Source of the DNA: an uncultured Sphingomonadaceae bacterium
GTDB taxonomy: Bacteria; Pseudomonadota; Alphaproteobacteria; Sphingomonadales; Sphingomonadaceae
Length of the DNA stretch: 64,000 nucleotides
Direction of reading: 5' to 3'
Assembly: GCA_947496865.1 (NCBI GenBank)
Contig: CANMEE010000002.1
Location: 1,073,825 to 1,137,824, forward strand
Below are positions 1 to 9,860 of this stretch, piece by piece. The position numbers were made by a program, and so were the translations under genes. Within the stretch, counting starts at the first letter, position 1. Every line of letters starts with the position of its first letter. The notes below the pieces were generated by a model. The model did no database searches. It was not told where the DNA came from and worked only from the letters and a program-made list of their open reading frames with translations.

Positions 1-503
1 TCGGCAAGATCCATGAATAATCTGAGATCGGATTGCCGTGTCTGTTTCGCCATGAAGCTGTGCATGACTTTACCGGATCGATCAATCGCTTCGGTTAAGG
101 TAATCTCGTCGGCCGAATAAGGCGTGATGGCTTGCTCGTTAATCTTCTCAATACTCGGCGCCATGATGAACAGCGACAGGAACAAGGACAGTCCAATCAA
201 AACCTGGTTCGGGGGCGTTTGTTGAAGGCCAAGCGCGTGGCGCAATATCGACAAGACAATGATGATCCGTGTAAAACTGGTCATCATCAATACGATAGAT
301 GGCAATACCGTCAGCAAACCCATCACGATGAGAATTTGCAACGTGGTGCTCAATGGTTGTCCGTCACCCGATACATCGTCCAAGGCCCGTTCCAGCGCGG
401 CAGATGCACCTGGTGCAGCCTCTTGTGCGAAAGCCGGGTCCGCGACGAATGCAGAGGCAAAAAGGGCAATGATGACCCAGATATATTTGAGACTATTCCG
501 CAT
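1..503 (-). CDS. fliP: Flagellar export apparatus protein FliP (N-terminal part; gene runs off the left edge)
   Basis: Own translation of the minus strand from ATG at 503. It gives MRNSLKYIWVIIALFASAFVADPAFAQ (signal peptide), then LQILIVMGLLTVLPSIVLMMTSFTRIIIVLSILRHALGLQQTPPNQVLIGLSLFLSLFIMAP, the conserved FliP core. Absent from the ORF track because there is no stop in the window. Overlaps the fliO stop by 11 nt. Confidence 0.9.
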   Translation of the reverse strand, partial: MRNSLKYIWVIIALFASAFVADPAFAQEAAPGASAALERALDDVSGDGQPLSTTLQILIVMGLLTVLPSIVLMMTSFTRIIIVLSILRHALGLQQTPPNQVLIGLSLFLSLFIMAPSIEKINEQAITPYSADEITLTEAIDRSGKVMHSFMAKQTRQSDLRLFMDLA

Positions 504-747
504 TTTTCACGTCAATCTTTGAGACACCATTGCGGGTGACAGAGAGAAGGATTTTGCGCCCTTCAAAATCGACGACCGCCAATTTATTGTTCACACCAAT
601 GGGGAGGACTTCGACAATATTCAGACCATTTTCTTTTTGGCGCATCATCGTCTGTGGTTGATATTTTTTGTAGAGCCACAGCGATCCGTAAATCAGCAGA
701 CCGATCAGCGGCAGCATGATCATCAGTTTGAGAATATAAAAGGTCAT
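493..747 (-). CDS. fliO: Flagellar biosynthesis protein FliO
   Basis: 84 aa with a single N-terminal TM helix (FYILKLMIMLPLIGLLIYGSLWLY). Canonical position between fliN and fliP. TAATG junction with fliN. Confidence 0.7.
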   Translation of the reverse strand: MTFYILKLMIMLPLIGLLIYGSLWLYKKYQPQTMMRQKENGLNIVEVLPIGVNNKLAVVDFEGRKILLSVTRNGVSKIDVKNAE

Positions 748-1088
748 TAGTTGCGCCTTTCAACCCGCGCGCGCGCCATGCCATTCGACACGATCTCTGC
801 AATACGCACACCAAATTTATTCTTGACCGGAACCACTTCGCCGCGCGCTACCAATGTACCGTTGACGTTAATATCAATCAGCTGATCAACTTGGCGATCC
901 AGTTCGACCACGGATCCTTCCTGCAGGTCCATAATGTCGGAAACTGTCATCGACACGCTGCCTACCTCGACCGAAAGGCGAACCTTTATATCGGCCAGAA
1001 AAGCATAATGGTCTTGTGGCTGACTGATGTTTACATCAGTAGCTTCCGCGGCTCCCAGAGCCTCACTATCATGAGTCATATCGTTCAT
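747..1088 (-). CDS. fliN: Flagellar motor switch protein FliN
   Basis: 113 aa. C-terminal SpoA/FliN domain (VRLSVEVGSVSMTVSDIMDLQEGSVVELDRQVDQLIDINVNGTLVARGEVV). Follows fliM. Confidence 0.9.
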   Translation of the reverse strand: MNDMTHDSEALGAAEATDVNISQPQDHYAFLADIKVRLSVEVGSVSMTVSDIMDLQEGSVVELDRQVDQLIDINVNGTLVARGEVVPVKNKFGVRIAEIVSNGMARARVERRN

Positions 1089-1097
1089 TATCTGGTC

Positions 1098-2021
1098 CTA
1101 TAGAAACTGTTTGATTTTAAAGGCGACGCCGCCATTTTGTTCGCCGATACTGCCATGTGCGAAGACACGATCACCGACGATCAAGGGGACGTTATCGGTC
1201 GGAGACACCGGCAAAATATCTCCTACAGCCAGTCGCGATAACTGCGACAAGTCCATAGTCGGACGCGCCAGTACAGATCGCACAGGCATGTAAACTTGCT
1301 CAAAGGAGTCTTTCATCGACCTCTGCCAAGCCGGATCAACGGCATTGGTTTCGCGACTAACCGGACGCTGCAGCTGCGGTTCAATCGCAACCAAGCCATC
1401 TATTGATTGCACAAAATCAATCGCTTCGATCGCATGACCGGAAAGTGCAATTCTCGCTTTGCTGACAAGAACATTCGGATCATCAAGTTCCATCTCGAGA
1501 TCATCTTTGTCGTGAATATATCCAGCATAGCGAACGGCTGTTTCGTTCACCACGGACCAACTGTCGGCAAGGCTCTTACCAATAGCGTTGGCCACGCGAT
1601 CAATCATTCCGATTTCAGACCGGTTCAACTTGCCTTGCGCGCATGATTCACCGTCAAATTGTCCACCAAAAAAACAATCCACACAACCGGTTAGAAATAA
1701 TCGAGAAACCCGAACCCAAATAGCAGGTGCAGAACCACCGGTATGATACTCCAAATAGACGGCGTCCGCTTCCTGTGCTTCACACCAGGTGGAAAAAGGG
1801 GACAAATCGCTGCTTGCTGTCTCGACCGCCAACTCGCAACCAATGATGTTCGTCAAATGACTTTTAAGTTGACCAGCGAACCGCTTCTCTACCTTCCGAT
1901 ATACGGACATCAGCATATCATCAGGACCGCCTTTTTTGAGGAGGCTATGCTCAACCGGCGCGCCGCTCGCAGATGCATCAACAGTGCTGGCGGACATGGG
2001 ATCTGAGGTAGGATTGGACAT
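1098..2021 (-). CDS. fliM: Flagellar motor switch protein FliM
   Basis: 307 aa. Position between fliL and fliN. C-terminal SpoA-like segment (LAVGDILPV...LIVGDRVFAHGSIGEQNGGVAFKI). Confidence 0.85.
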   Translation of the reverse strand: MSNPTSDPMSASTVDASASGAPVEHSLLKKGGPDDMLMSVYRKVEKRFAGQLKSHLTNIIGCELAVETASSDLSPFSTWCEAQEADAVYLEYHTGGSAPAIWVRVSRLFLTGCVDCFFGGQFDGESCAQGKLNRSEIGMIDRVANAIGKSLADSWSVVNETAVRYAGYIHDKDDLEMELDDPNVLVSKARIALSGHAIEAIDFVQSIDGLVAIEPQLQRPVSRETNAVDPAWQRSMKDSFEQVYMPVRSVLARPTMDLSQLSRLAVGDILPVSPTDNVPLIVGDRVFAHGSIGEQNGGVAFKIKQFL

Positions 2022-2045
2022 TGATCTATCGCTTTCGGAAAATTG

Positions 2046-2621
2046 TTACTGAACAACCAGGCTGGTGAAATAAACGTCTTCAATTCCGCCAAATCCCGAC
2101 TTTTCCTTGAGGGTAGTGTTGATCACGTCGCGCAGCTTTTTCTTGAGCTTCAGCTTTCCGTCAGACGTGTCGAGCTCGAATGGATCCTGTTGACCCAGCT
2201 CCATCAATACCGCGGAGCGGATCGCAATCTCATGCTCCGTCACATGTTCGAAAACGCGCTCGTCATAATAGGTCGAGATAGCCAGTGACAATTGTGCGAA
2301 GCTCTCCGAATTGGACAGGTTCGATGTGAACGGTTGTTCAATCTGGTGATAAGTGATTTTGAACTTGCTATCGCTTTCGTCCGGCATGGCCGCCTTGGCT
2401 TCTTTTTCACTAACAGCGGTGCCATCTTTCAATATAATCTTGGGCGCATTCGGGTCTTCCGGTTCGCCATCTTCACTGCTCATAGTGCCGGCAACATAAA
2501 ATCCGCCCGCAGCGCCGCCACCGCCCAAAACGGCCACAGCCACGAGACCAACGATAATGCCCTTCATCTTACCCTTTTTCTTTTTGGGTTTTTCTTCTTC
2601 TTCTGGATTGGTATCTGACAT
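2046..2621 (-). CDS. fliL: Flagellar basal-body-associated protein FliL
   Basis: 191 aa. Lys-rich N-terminus, one TM helix (GIIVGLVAVAVLGGGGAAGGFYVAG), periplasmic FliL-type C-terminus. Upstream of fliM. Confidence 0.8.
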   Translation of the reverse strand: MSDTNPEEEEKPKKKKGKMKGIIVGLVAVAVLGGGGAAGGFYVAGTMSSEDGEPEDPNAPKIILKDGTAVSEKEAKAAMPDESDSKFKITYHQIEQPFTSNLSNSESFAQLSLAISTYYDERVFEHVTEHEIAIRSAVLMELGQQDPFELDTSDGKLKLKKKLRDVINTTLKEKSGFGGIEDVYFTSLVVQ

Positions 2622-2663
2622 TTTGACCTCTGAAATTATGGGTTCTGATTATTTGATTGAAGC

Positions 2664-4244
2664 TTAGGCGTAGCGGCTGTCATCGGAGGGACCCGATGGA
2701 TCGACATCCCCTTCCGTCGACATTCCAGCCCCACGATTTTGAGAGGATGAAGCCGAGCGCTTGTCCTGTTCTGTGGTGCCGTCCTGCGCGCTGAAATTCG
2801 TGTTTTCATTGTGGGATTGGGCGAACATATTTTCTTTGACATCGACCCGCAGTGTGAGGTCCGAACGGCCTTGCGCTTTCAACATATCCTGAATGGCCTG
2901 GCTATGCTGCACAATCACCTCGCGCGCAGCTTCACTCTCCGCATCGATCTGAAGCACTTCGGCTCCACCACGCGAAATAAATGAGACTTCCAGGCGGCCT
3001 AGATTTCTAGGATTAATCTCGAATTTTTTCAGGTCGCCGCTGATGTTCAGATCACTGATTTCTCCAGTAAAGCGTTGAGCAAAATTCGGTGCATGCCAAT
3101 CAAAACTCACAGTTTTTGGCGCAGTGTTTTGGCCGCCAGTAACCGGCGCGGCGTGGAGCGGAGCCGATAGCTCAATATTTTTTTCCAATTGCCCTGCAGC
3201 CGGAAACTTTTCAATTTCTGCGAACGGTAATTTGGTTTCAATCTTCAACGGTTTGTCAGCAGCAATAACGCTGTCTCGCACTTCAGTTTCCGTGGCGTGA
3301 ATCCGTTTGGAAGTCTCTGTTTTACTCTTGCTGGCTAACCGCAGGTCCAGCGAATCCCGGATCTTCCGTTCTGAACCAGATATAGCTGACATTGCCGCCG
3401 CTGCGTTTGGCACGATATCCGCAGATTTCGTTTCGACCAAAGCCGGTTTCGGCATCTCGATGTTAAGAGCCTGCTTTACTGGATCATTCTTTGCAGCCGG
3501 ACTATTCGTTGCAGAAAGAGCAATTTCTGTTTTTCCGGAACTTTCCAAAACGGGTTTGTTGGACTCTGGCTGACTGCCGTCAATTGCCAGCTTGAGTATA
3601 GTTGGCGATTTGTTTTCGGGCGGTGTTACAGTGGTGCGTTCCGAAACTTTGGGCAGAGGCAAAATAGTAGCATCGCTGTCAACAACAGAAGTTTTTGGGA
3701 TGTCGGTTTTAGCCGAAACCGTCTGATCAACGGTGACATCAGCGGTGATAGTGGTGTTTGAAATGGCTGAGCCTAAAATACGTGCTCGTTGGCCTGGAGC
3801 GCTATCTTTGTTCAACCGCACAACGTCGCTACCGACACTGACCGATCCGTTTGATGACGGTTGCATGATTGATACGAAGCGTTCCATTTCCGAAACAGGA
3901 GCTGCAGAAGTCGCAGCTTCATGAGGTAACTCACTATCACCCTCGCCGCTTTCGACGGAAATTTTAGCCGCGGCCGCTTTGACAGTATTGTCAGCTTGTT
4001 GCGCATTTGGGATTAAAACTGGCAGCGTATCATCACCGATTAATTGAGCCAAAAATTCTTCACCACGCTTGTCGCCTGCTGCATCTGCCCCGTCCTTATT
4101 AGGCAGAAGACCGGGCAAGGCTTCGCCTGGGACTAGAAGAGAGCTGAACTCGTTATTTGCGGTGCGTGTTTCCATGTCCAAAGGCTTTGCAGAAAGCATG
4201 CCAATTATCGAATGAGAGGCTTCTGACATGATTTTGTCAATCAT
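2664..4244 (-). CDS. fliK: Flagellar hook-length control protein FliK
   Basis: C-terminal Flg_hook-like region (NPRNLGRLEVSFISRGGAEVLQIDAESEAAREVIVQHSQAIQDMLKAQG). Long low-complexity S/A/P/T-rich centre. I chose the start at internal ATG 4244 (MIDKIMSEAS), giving an 8-nt overlap with fliJ. The tracked 639-aa ORF would overlap all of fliJ. Confidence 0.75.
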   Translation of the reverse strand: MIDKIMSEASHSIIGMLSAKPLDMETRTANNEFSSLLVPGEALPGLLPNKDGADAAGDKRGEEFLAQLIGDDTLPVLIPNAQQADNTVKAAAAKISVESGEGDSELPHEAATSAAPVSEMERFVSIMQPSSNGSVSVGSDVVRLNKDSAPGQRARILGSAISNTTITADVTVDQTVSAKTDIPKTSVVDSDATILPLPKVSERTTVTPPENKSPTILKLAIDGSQPESNKPVLESSGKTEIALSATNSPAAKNDPVKQALNIEMPKPALVETKSADIVPNAAAAMSAISGSERKIRDSLDLRLASKSKTETSKRIHATETEVRDSVIAADKPLKIETKLPFAEIEKFPAAGQLEKNIELSAPLHAAPVTGGQNTAPKTVSFDWHAPNFAQRFTGEISDLNISGDLKKFEINPRNLGRLEVSFISRGGAEVLQIDAESEAAREVIVQHSQAIQDMLKAQGRSDLTLRVDVKENMFAQSHNENTNFSAQDGTTEQDKRSASSSQNRGAGMSTEGDVDPSGPSDDSRYA

Positions 4245-4680
4245 CGCGGCGGTCCTTTTTCCTATTATTACCGATATTATACAATATGTTATGCCTAACA
4301 TCTGTCTTGAACATTTCTGCTCTTCGGGCTTTTCGAAGGTTCGATTGGAGGAGCTTCTCGGTGCCCTCATAGGTCGTCCGGGCGGCAAGGTTTTGCCGCT
4401 CAGCATGGGCAAAATCTTGCCGCGCTGTCTCAATTGAAGCTTCAATCGACCGTTCTGCATCGACCAAACGTCCCGAAAGCTCCATCCTGGCCGACAACGT
4501 GTCGGCACTGACCGCTTCAACATCGGAAAGCGTTTCAATATGCAGTTTTCTAATCCTGCTCGCATTATGCTCCAGGGTTGCACAATGATTACCGGCTTTG
4601 GCCAGCGCCATTTCTTTCAATTTCTTTTGCGTATCACGCACCTTCAAGATGCGTTGCAGCCCTTTCACTTTCCTCTTCAT
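4237..4680 (-). CDS. fliJ: Flagellar export chaperone-like protein FliJ (by position and coiled-coil character)
   Basis: 147 aa, highly charged and helical. Sits between fliI and fliK with a 4-nt overlap to the fliI stop. Confidence 0.55.
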   Translation of the reverse strand: MKRKVKGLQRILKVRDTQKKLKEMALAKAGNHCATLEHNASRIRKLHIETLSDVEAVSADTLSARMELSGRLVDAERSIEASIETARQDFAHAERQNLAARTTYEGTEKLLQSNLRKARRAEMFKTDVRHNILYNIGNNRKKDRRDD

Positions 4681-6071
4681 GGCTCAAATAGACCGAAAAG
4701 GTCGCCAATGCTTTTCTGGAAATTGATCAGTTCACGGGGTTTCTGCTTGAGATATTCAACCATGATCGGCCACTGCGCGAGCGCTTCATCGATGTTCGGA
4801 TCACTCCCTGCTTGATAGGCACCCATCAGAACCAGATCGCGATTTTCCTCATAGATAGACCAAAGCCGTCGGAAATGGGTTTGGGCGGCATGATGTGCAT
4901 CATCAATAATATCGACAGCAACGCGGCTGATCGACTTGCCAACATCAATGGCAGGAAAAATTCCCTGCTCCGCAAGAGGTCGGGACAATATGATGTGGCC
5001 GTCGGCAATCGCACGGGCGCTATCGACGACGGGATCATCAAGATCATCCCCATCTGCCAGCACGGTATAGATCGCGGTTATCGAACCGCCCGTTTCGCTG
5101 TCATTGCCTGCGCGCTCAATCAAGCGCGGGATCATCGACAAAGCTGATGGCGGATAGCCTTTCATTGTTGGCGGTTCCCCTGCCGATAGGCCAATTTCCC
5201 GCTGCGCATGGGCAACCCGGGTCAGGCTATCGATAACCAACACAACCGATTTTCCCTGTGATCGAAAATATTCGGCAATGGCTGTTGCGCGATGTGCTGC
5301 CTTTAACCGCGAAGAGGGCGAATGATCTGCCGGCACTGCTACCGTGATGGTGGGCACCGCGTCTTTTTTCTCATTTCGGCGATTGACGAAGTCATTTACT
5401 TCGCGCCCACGTTCACCGATCAGCCCGACGACCACCACATCCGCGACAACGCCGTCGAGTATCTGATTAATCAGCATCGACTTGCCCACACCGGATCCGG
5501 CAATGACGGCAACCCGTTGCCCCTGGCCAAAGGTTAATAGCCCATTGAGCGCGCGGATGCCCATATCTATCGGCTTCGTCACACTGGCGCGGCGCATGAC
5601 ATTGCCCTCCATGCCCGATAAAGGGACGCTGTCCGTCGCCAATATCGGACCCTTGCCGTCAATCGGTTCTCCCATCGGACCAATGATCCGACCAAATAAC
5701 GCATCGCCGACAGCGGCTTCATTGGACTTAAAATAAGGCAAGACCCGGCTACCGCTGCGCAGCGGCGCGTCTTGCACCATCGGAATCATGAGCGCTCGTG
5801 ACCCTTTGAAGCCCACGACTTCTGCACTAATTTCTCTGCCATCGGTCGCGATTACGCGCCCCGAATATCCCAAAGGATAAGCAAAGCCCGTCACCTCCAG
5901 CATGCCGTTATCATGGGCGGATAGTTTTCCGACATGACGAGGTTCATTGCTGATATGTTCGATCCGCGCCAAAAGGCCTTGGATACCTTTCCCACTATTG
6001 GGATCGCTAACAAATGTTTTAGCTGGATCACTCATTCGCGTTGTCCGATTGCTGACCGCTAAACTCGTCAA
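4677..6071 (-). CDS. fliI: Flagellum-specific ATPase FliI
   Basis: 464 aa. Walker A GSGVGKS. F1/T3SS ATPase core (VVLVIDSLTRVAHAQREIGLSAGEPPTMKGYPPS). Confidence 0.95.
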   Translation of the reverse strand: MTSLAVSNRTTRMSDPAKTFVSDPNSGKGIQGLLARIEHISNEPRHVGKLSAHDNGMLEVTGFAYPLGYSGRVIATDGREISAEVVGFKGSRALMIPMVQDAPLRSGSRVLPYFKSNEAAVGDALFGRIIGPMGEPIDGKGPILATDSVPLSGMEGNVMRRASVTKPIDMGIRALNGLLTFGQGQRVAVIAGSGVGKSMLINQILDGVVADVVVVGLIGERGREVNDFVNRRNEKKDAVPTITVAVPADHSPSSRLKAAHRATAIAEYFRSQGKSVVLVIDSLTRVAHAQREIGLSAGEPPTMKGYPPSALSMIPRLIERAGNDSETGGSITAIYTVLADGDDLDDPVVDSARAIADGHIILSRPLAEQGIFPAIDVGKSISRVAVDIIDDAHHAAQTHFRRLWSIYEENRDLVLMGAYQAGSDPNIDEALAQWPIMVEYLKQKPRELINFQKSIGDLFGLFEP

Positions 6072-6699
6072 TCAACCCCCGCAATTCGTCCAGCACCACT
6101 TCGGACCCTTTTTCTATCCAACCGCCCGCGTGACTTAATTTCACATTGCCCCGCAGCATGGACGGGTCAGCGCGCAAGGGGAGCTTGCACATATCCTGAT
6201 CGATCAATTCCAAATCATCGGGATGCAAGATCAGGGTCGCGCCCTTCTGATCCTGATCAATTTTGTCTGCCAACTGGGTTGCCCACGCCTGCAACAAAAC
6301 GGGGTCTGGCACGGCGAGCTCAGAGCAACGGTGGAAAAGCGATTCAATCGCATTGAGGACCAGCGAAAAACTGCCGGTGGAATAGAGGTCGTTCAAGTAG
6401 CGGATTGCGTCTGCCAAACTTCCCGCCGCTTCCTCGTCGACAGCCAACGCTGCCTGTCCGTCTTCCCACCCCTTGCGATAGGCCGCTTCAAATATATCAT
6501 CGTCACCACCGCCGGAAGAAGCAGAGTTGTCAGCCGCCCCTGATTGACCAAAGCTGTGGAAACTATCACCGGAACCTGATCCGGCATCTGCGGATAAACT
6601 TCCCGACCAGGCGGAAAATTCTTTCTGCTCTATCGGCATGCGCCAGAGCGGAACCACTTCATCATTGTGGAGGTTTTTTTCGGAATGCAGATCAGACAT
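6028..6699 (-). CDS. fliH: Flagellar assembly protein FliH
   Basis: 223 aa. Position between fliG and fliI, overlapping both. Acidic N-terminus and FliH-like C-terminal half. Confidence 0.65.
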   Translation of the reverse strand: MSDLHSEKNLHNDEVVPLWRMPIEQKEFSAWSGSLSADAGSGSGDSFHSFGQSGAADNSASSGGGDDDIFEAAYRKGWEDGQAALAVDEEAAGSLADAIRYLNDLYSTGSFSLVLNAIESLFHRCSELAVPDPVLLQAWATQLADKIDQDQKGATLILHPDDLELIDQDMCKLPLRADPSMLRGNVKLSHAGGWIEKGSEVVLDELRGLIDEFSGQQSDNANE

Positions 6700-7744
6700 A
6701 ATCAGCGCCGCCAGTGGACATGCTGATCTCGCCGTTGTCGATCATCACTTTGGCAATCGCAATCACACCTTTCTGGGCACTGACGACCGCTTCCATCGGT
6801 TGCGGTGGTGCTTCATCCATTTCATCCTGAATAGTTTCGGCTGCGCGTTGAGACATAGCGTCGAATATTTTGGCTTTGAGCTCGCTCGATGCGCCGCGCA
6901 ATGCAGGCACCAAAATAGCGCTGTCGACTTTGCGGACCACAGAACCAATATCCTTTTTCGACAGATTCATGAGGTCGGCAAAAACAAACATTTCATCTTC
7001 AATCTGCTTGGCGATTTTGCGGTCACGTTTTGTCACGCCTTTTAAAACCGACTGGCTAAGTTGCTTTGGCAGGCTGTTGATGATGGAGGCACTATCCATC
7101 ACACCGCCGATTTCCATGGGCGGTGCAATTTCTTCCGCAGATGGTCCGTTGTTTTCCAGCAGTGCATGAATTTGTGCCAAGGCATGCGCGCTAACGGGTC
7201 CCAAAGTCGCGATCCGGTAGATTAATTCTTCTTGCAATTCCGATGGCACCAGTTGCAGCATTTCGGCCGCCGCTTCGGGTGTCATAAATGAAATTAGCAC
7301 TGCTGCGATCTGAGGCGGTTCATTTTCCACCAATTCCGCAAGGTCCTTACCGGGCACCCATTTGAGCAGGTCTGCGATGTTGCTTGGCCGTTTCGGAGCA
7401 AAGCGATTCATCATGGTTTCCGCACGTGAAGTACCCAGCGCCTGCCGGAAAACGCGGCCGACTTTTTCATCTGATTTATAAGCGAGCATCGATTGATTTT
7501 TGGTTAGCTGTAAAAATTTTTCGAGCGATCCATCAATCTGAATAGCGTCGACATCAGCAACGCTGAACATCGCCTCGCCCAATAGTTCTGCTTCATCCGG
7601 TTCAAGACGTTCCAGAATTTTGGCCGCTTCCTCGTCATCAAATAGCAGCATCAAAATCGCTGCGGTCTGACGACCGGAAATCAGTTCAAGTTGCTGACCA
7701 TCTTGGCTTTCGGCCTTATCATCTTTTTTTGCGGGCTCAGCCAT
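6692..7744 (-). CDS. fliG: Flagellar motor switch protein FliG
   Basis: 350 aa. Typical FliG repeats, including the C-terminal torque helix region (MSQRAAETIQDEMD...AQKGVIAIAKVMIDNGEI). Confidence 0.95.
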   Translation of the reverse strand: MAEPAKKDDKAESQDGQQLELISGRQTAAILMLLFDDEEAAKILERLEPDEAELLGEAMFSVADVDAIQIDGSLEKFLQLTKNQSMLAYKSDEKVGRVFRQALGTSRAETMMNRFAPKRPSNIADLLKWVPGKDLAELVENEPPQIAAVLISFMTPEAAAEMLQLVPSELQEELIYRIATLGPVSAHALAQIHALLENNGPSAEEIAPPMEIGGVMDSASIINSLPKQLSQSVLKGVTKRDRKIAKQIEDEMFVFADLMNLSKKDIGSVVRKVDSAILVPALRGASSELKAKIFDAMSQRAAETIQDEMDEAPPQPMEAVVSAQKGVIAIAKVMIDNGEISMSTGGADYV

Positions 7745-9482
7745 TAGCGTCCTCCAGCTCGTCTGACTCTTTCAAAAGTTCTTTCACCACCAGCGCGGCA
7801 TGATCAGGGTTTTGTTTGACAAAATTCTGCGTCAACAAAGCGCGTTCCTGATAGCTCGGGGCTGCTTGGATCATATCGATCGTGACCGGTGCACCGTCTG
7901 CTTGTGCCGACGCACCGTTTCCGCCGGCAGCATTGGTTGGCGCTCCATTTGGCAAGCTACGATTTTGCATCATGAGATCAGCGGGAACAGTTCCGCTATT
8001 TGCAGCCATATTGGCTTTCAGATCTTTCTCCGAATTCAACCAACGCTTTAATATTGGACGCGCGATGAGAAAGATGATCAGCAAGGCAACGATGAGCGCT
8101 GTGACGTTTCGGCTAATAATGCCGAACCAAGGCGATTCATACCAAGCCTCTGTCGCCTCTTTCTCTGTCACTGGACGAAATTGTCGCGCTGATACAGCAA
8201 TCTGGTCACCGCGCTCGGCGTTGAAACCAATGGTTCCTTTCACCAGTTTTTCGATTTCCTGAATCTCTTTGGGTGATTTGGTGTCTTTCAAAGCCTTGTC
8301 ATCAATGGCGACGGCGACCGACAGACGAGACACTTGTCCGGTGGCCTGGTTGGTTATTGCGATTTCACGCGCCAGTTCGAAGTTGCGTTGATATTCTTCA
8401 CTCGTTTTCTTGGGCCCAGCCGCTTGGGCGCCCTGCTCTTCCCCACCATCCGGCTGGTCTTCAAACTGAGCTTCAGCCGGCGGCCGGTTCGCAAGTGCGC
8501 CGGGTATACCGCCTACTTGCGGTCCACCGGCGGGTTCTTCCGAACGCATGCCCTGTTCAGAGCGCAAGACCGAGCCATCCGTCGGATAAATTTCACTGGT
8601 CGCCTGTTTCTCGTCAAAATTAACATCTGCCGTGACTTCGGCGACGAAATTTCCGGGGCCGACAATAGGCGTCAAAAGACTGGCCAGCGATTCACGGTAA
8701 CGATCTTCTATCGCCGCCTTGATTTTCAACTGGGTATCATTGTTACGTGATCCCTCGTCTTCGCGGCGCGATAGTAAAGTTCCATTCTGATCAATCACGG
8801 ATACATTTCCCGTCGACAGACCAGGGACAGAACTCGCGACCAGATTTAAGATCGCCTGTGTCTGCCGCTCGTCCAATTTTGTGGAACCCGTCAATTGCAA
8901 GATGACCGACGCGGCCGGTTCATTTCTGTCACGCAGAAAAATACTGGGCTGTTCGACAGCCAAGTGAACCCGCGCAGACAATACATTGTCTAGCGCTTCG
9001 ATCGAACGGGCCAGATCCATCTCCCTTGCGGCGCGTAACTTTTCCGATTCAACAGCGCGACTGGCTCCCATTGGCATGCTCGACATCACGGTATCGCTAC
9101 TCGGTGCCGAACGCGGCAATCCTTGGCCAGCCAATTCAATCTTGGCTGTATGATAATCTTCATTGCTGACAGTCAATGTGCCGGTGCCATCATCAACCTG
9201 ATAGGGGATGTTCGCGCTTTGCAACGCCTGCGTCACAGCCGCCTTGTCATTGTCGGGTAGTCCGCGAAATAAGTCACGCTGCGCCGGCTCACGCAACATC
9301 AACCAGGCCGACAAAGCGACAATGATTACCGCAGATAAGATAATCAACGGCATTGCTCGCGCGATGGCCGGTTGCTGCACAAAGGCTTGAATCGAACCTA
9401 GAGCGCCGCCAATATTGGGCGCGCTCGCACCTGTCGCGCCGACAGGCATCAAGTTCTGATTGGGAGACGTTTCCTCAGCCAT
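7737..9482 (-). CDS. fliF: Flagellar MS-ring protein FliF
   Basis: 581 aa. N-terminal TM helix, YscJ/FliF ring domains, second TM helix (FGIISRNVTALIVALLIIFLIA) and a C-terminal FliG-binding tail. Confidence 0.95.
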   Translation of the reverse strand: MAEETSPNQNLMPVGATGASAPNIGGALGSIQAFVQQPAIARAMPLIILSAVIIVALSAWLMLREPAQRDLFRGLPDNDKAAVTQALQSANIPYQVDDGTGTLTVSNEDYHTAKIELAGQGLPRSAPSSDTVMSSMPMGASRAVESEKLRAAREMDLARSIEALDNVLSARVHLAVEQPSIFLRDRNEPAASVILQLTGSTKLDERQTQAILNLVASSVPGLSTGNVSVIDQNGTLLSRREDEGSRNNDTQLKIKAAIEDRYRESLASLLTPIVGPGNFVAEVTADVNFDEKQATSEIYPTDGSVLRSEQGMRSEEPAGGPQVGGIPGALANRPPAEAQFEDQPDGGEEQGAQAAGPKKTSEEYQRNFELAREIAITNQATGQVSRLSVAVAIDDKALKDTKSPKEIQEIEKLVKGTIGFNAERGDQIAVSARQFRPVTEKEATEAWYESPWFGIISRNVTALIVALLIIFLIARPILKRWLNSEKDLKANMAANSGTVPADLMMQNRSLPNGAPTNAAGGNGASAQADGAPVTIDMIQAAPSYQERALLTQNFVKQNPDHAALVVKELLKESDELEDANG

Positions 9483-9483
9483 C

Positions 9484-9846
9484 TTATACCGACATGTTCA
9501 TAATGTCTTTGTAGGCGGACAAAAGTTTGTTCCGTACCTGCAAGGTGGATTCAAAACCGATAGATGCTTTATGCTTGGACAACATGACTGCTGCTACATC
9601 ATTGGTTTCACCCATTTGATAAGCGGCCGTGTCGGCTTTCGCCGTCGCCTGCATTTTATTCACTTCCTGAATGGCGTCGGTTAGCTGCGCAGCAAAGCCT
9701 GTTGGGCGTTCGGCTTTTTCCGTTTGCTGCGCTTGACCAGGGCCTGCCAGATTACTTGTTTTGCTGGCAATGTCCTGCAACGCATTGTTGCGATTTAAGA
9801 TCGCATTGCGTGCAGCCATCAGGCTATTCATATTGACGGAAGACAT
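9484..9846 (-). CDS. fliE: Flagellar hook-basal body complex protein FliE
   Basis: 120 aa. Conserved FliE C-terminus (AAVMLSKHKASIGFESTLQVRNKLLSAYKDIMNMSV). Confidence 0.9.
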   Translation of the reverse strand: MSSVNMNSLMAARNAILNRNNALQDIASKTSNLAGPGQAQQTEKAERPTGFAAQLTDAIQEVNKMQATAKADTAAYQMGETNDVAAVMLSKHKASIGFESTLQVRNKLLSAYKDIMNMSV

Positions 9847-9860
9847 ATTCTATCTCCTGC

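Noticed and set aside
2664-4583. Tracked 639-aa version of the fliK ORF
   Set aside because: Its first 113 codons overlap the whole of fliJ in another frame. The internal ATG at 4244 (MIDKIM...) gives the usual short 8-nt overlap with the fliJ stop.
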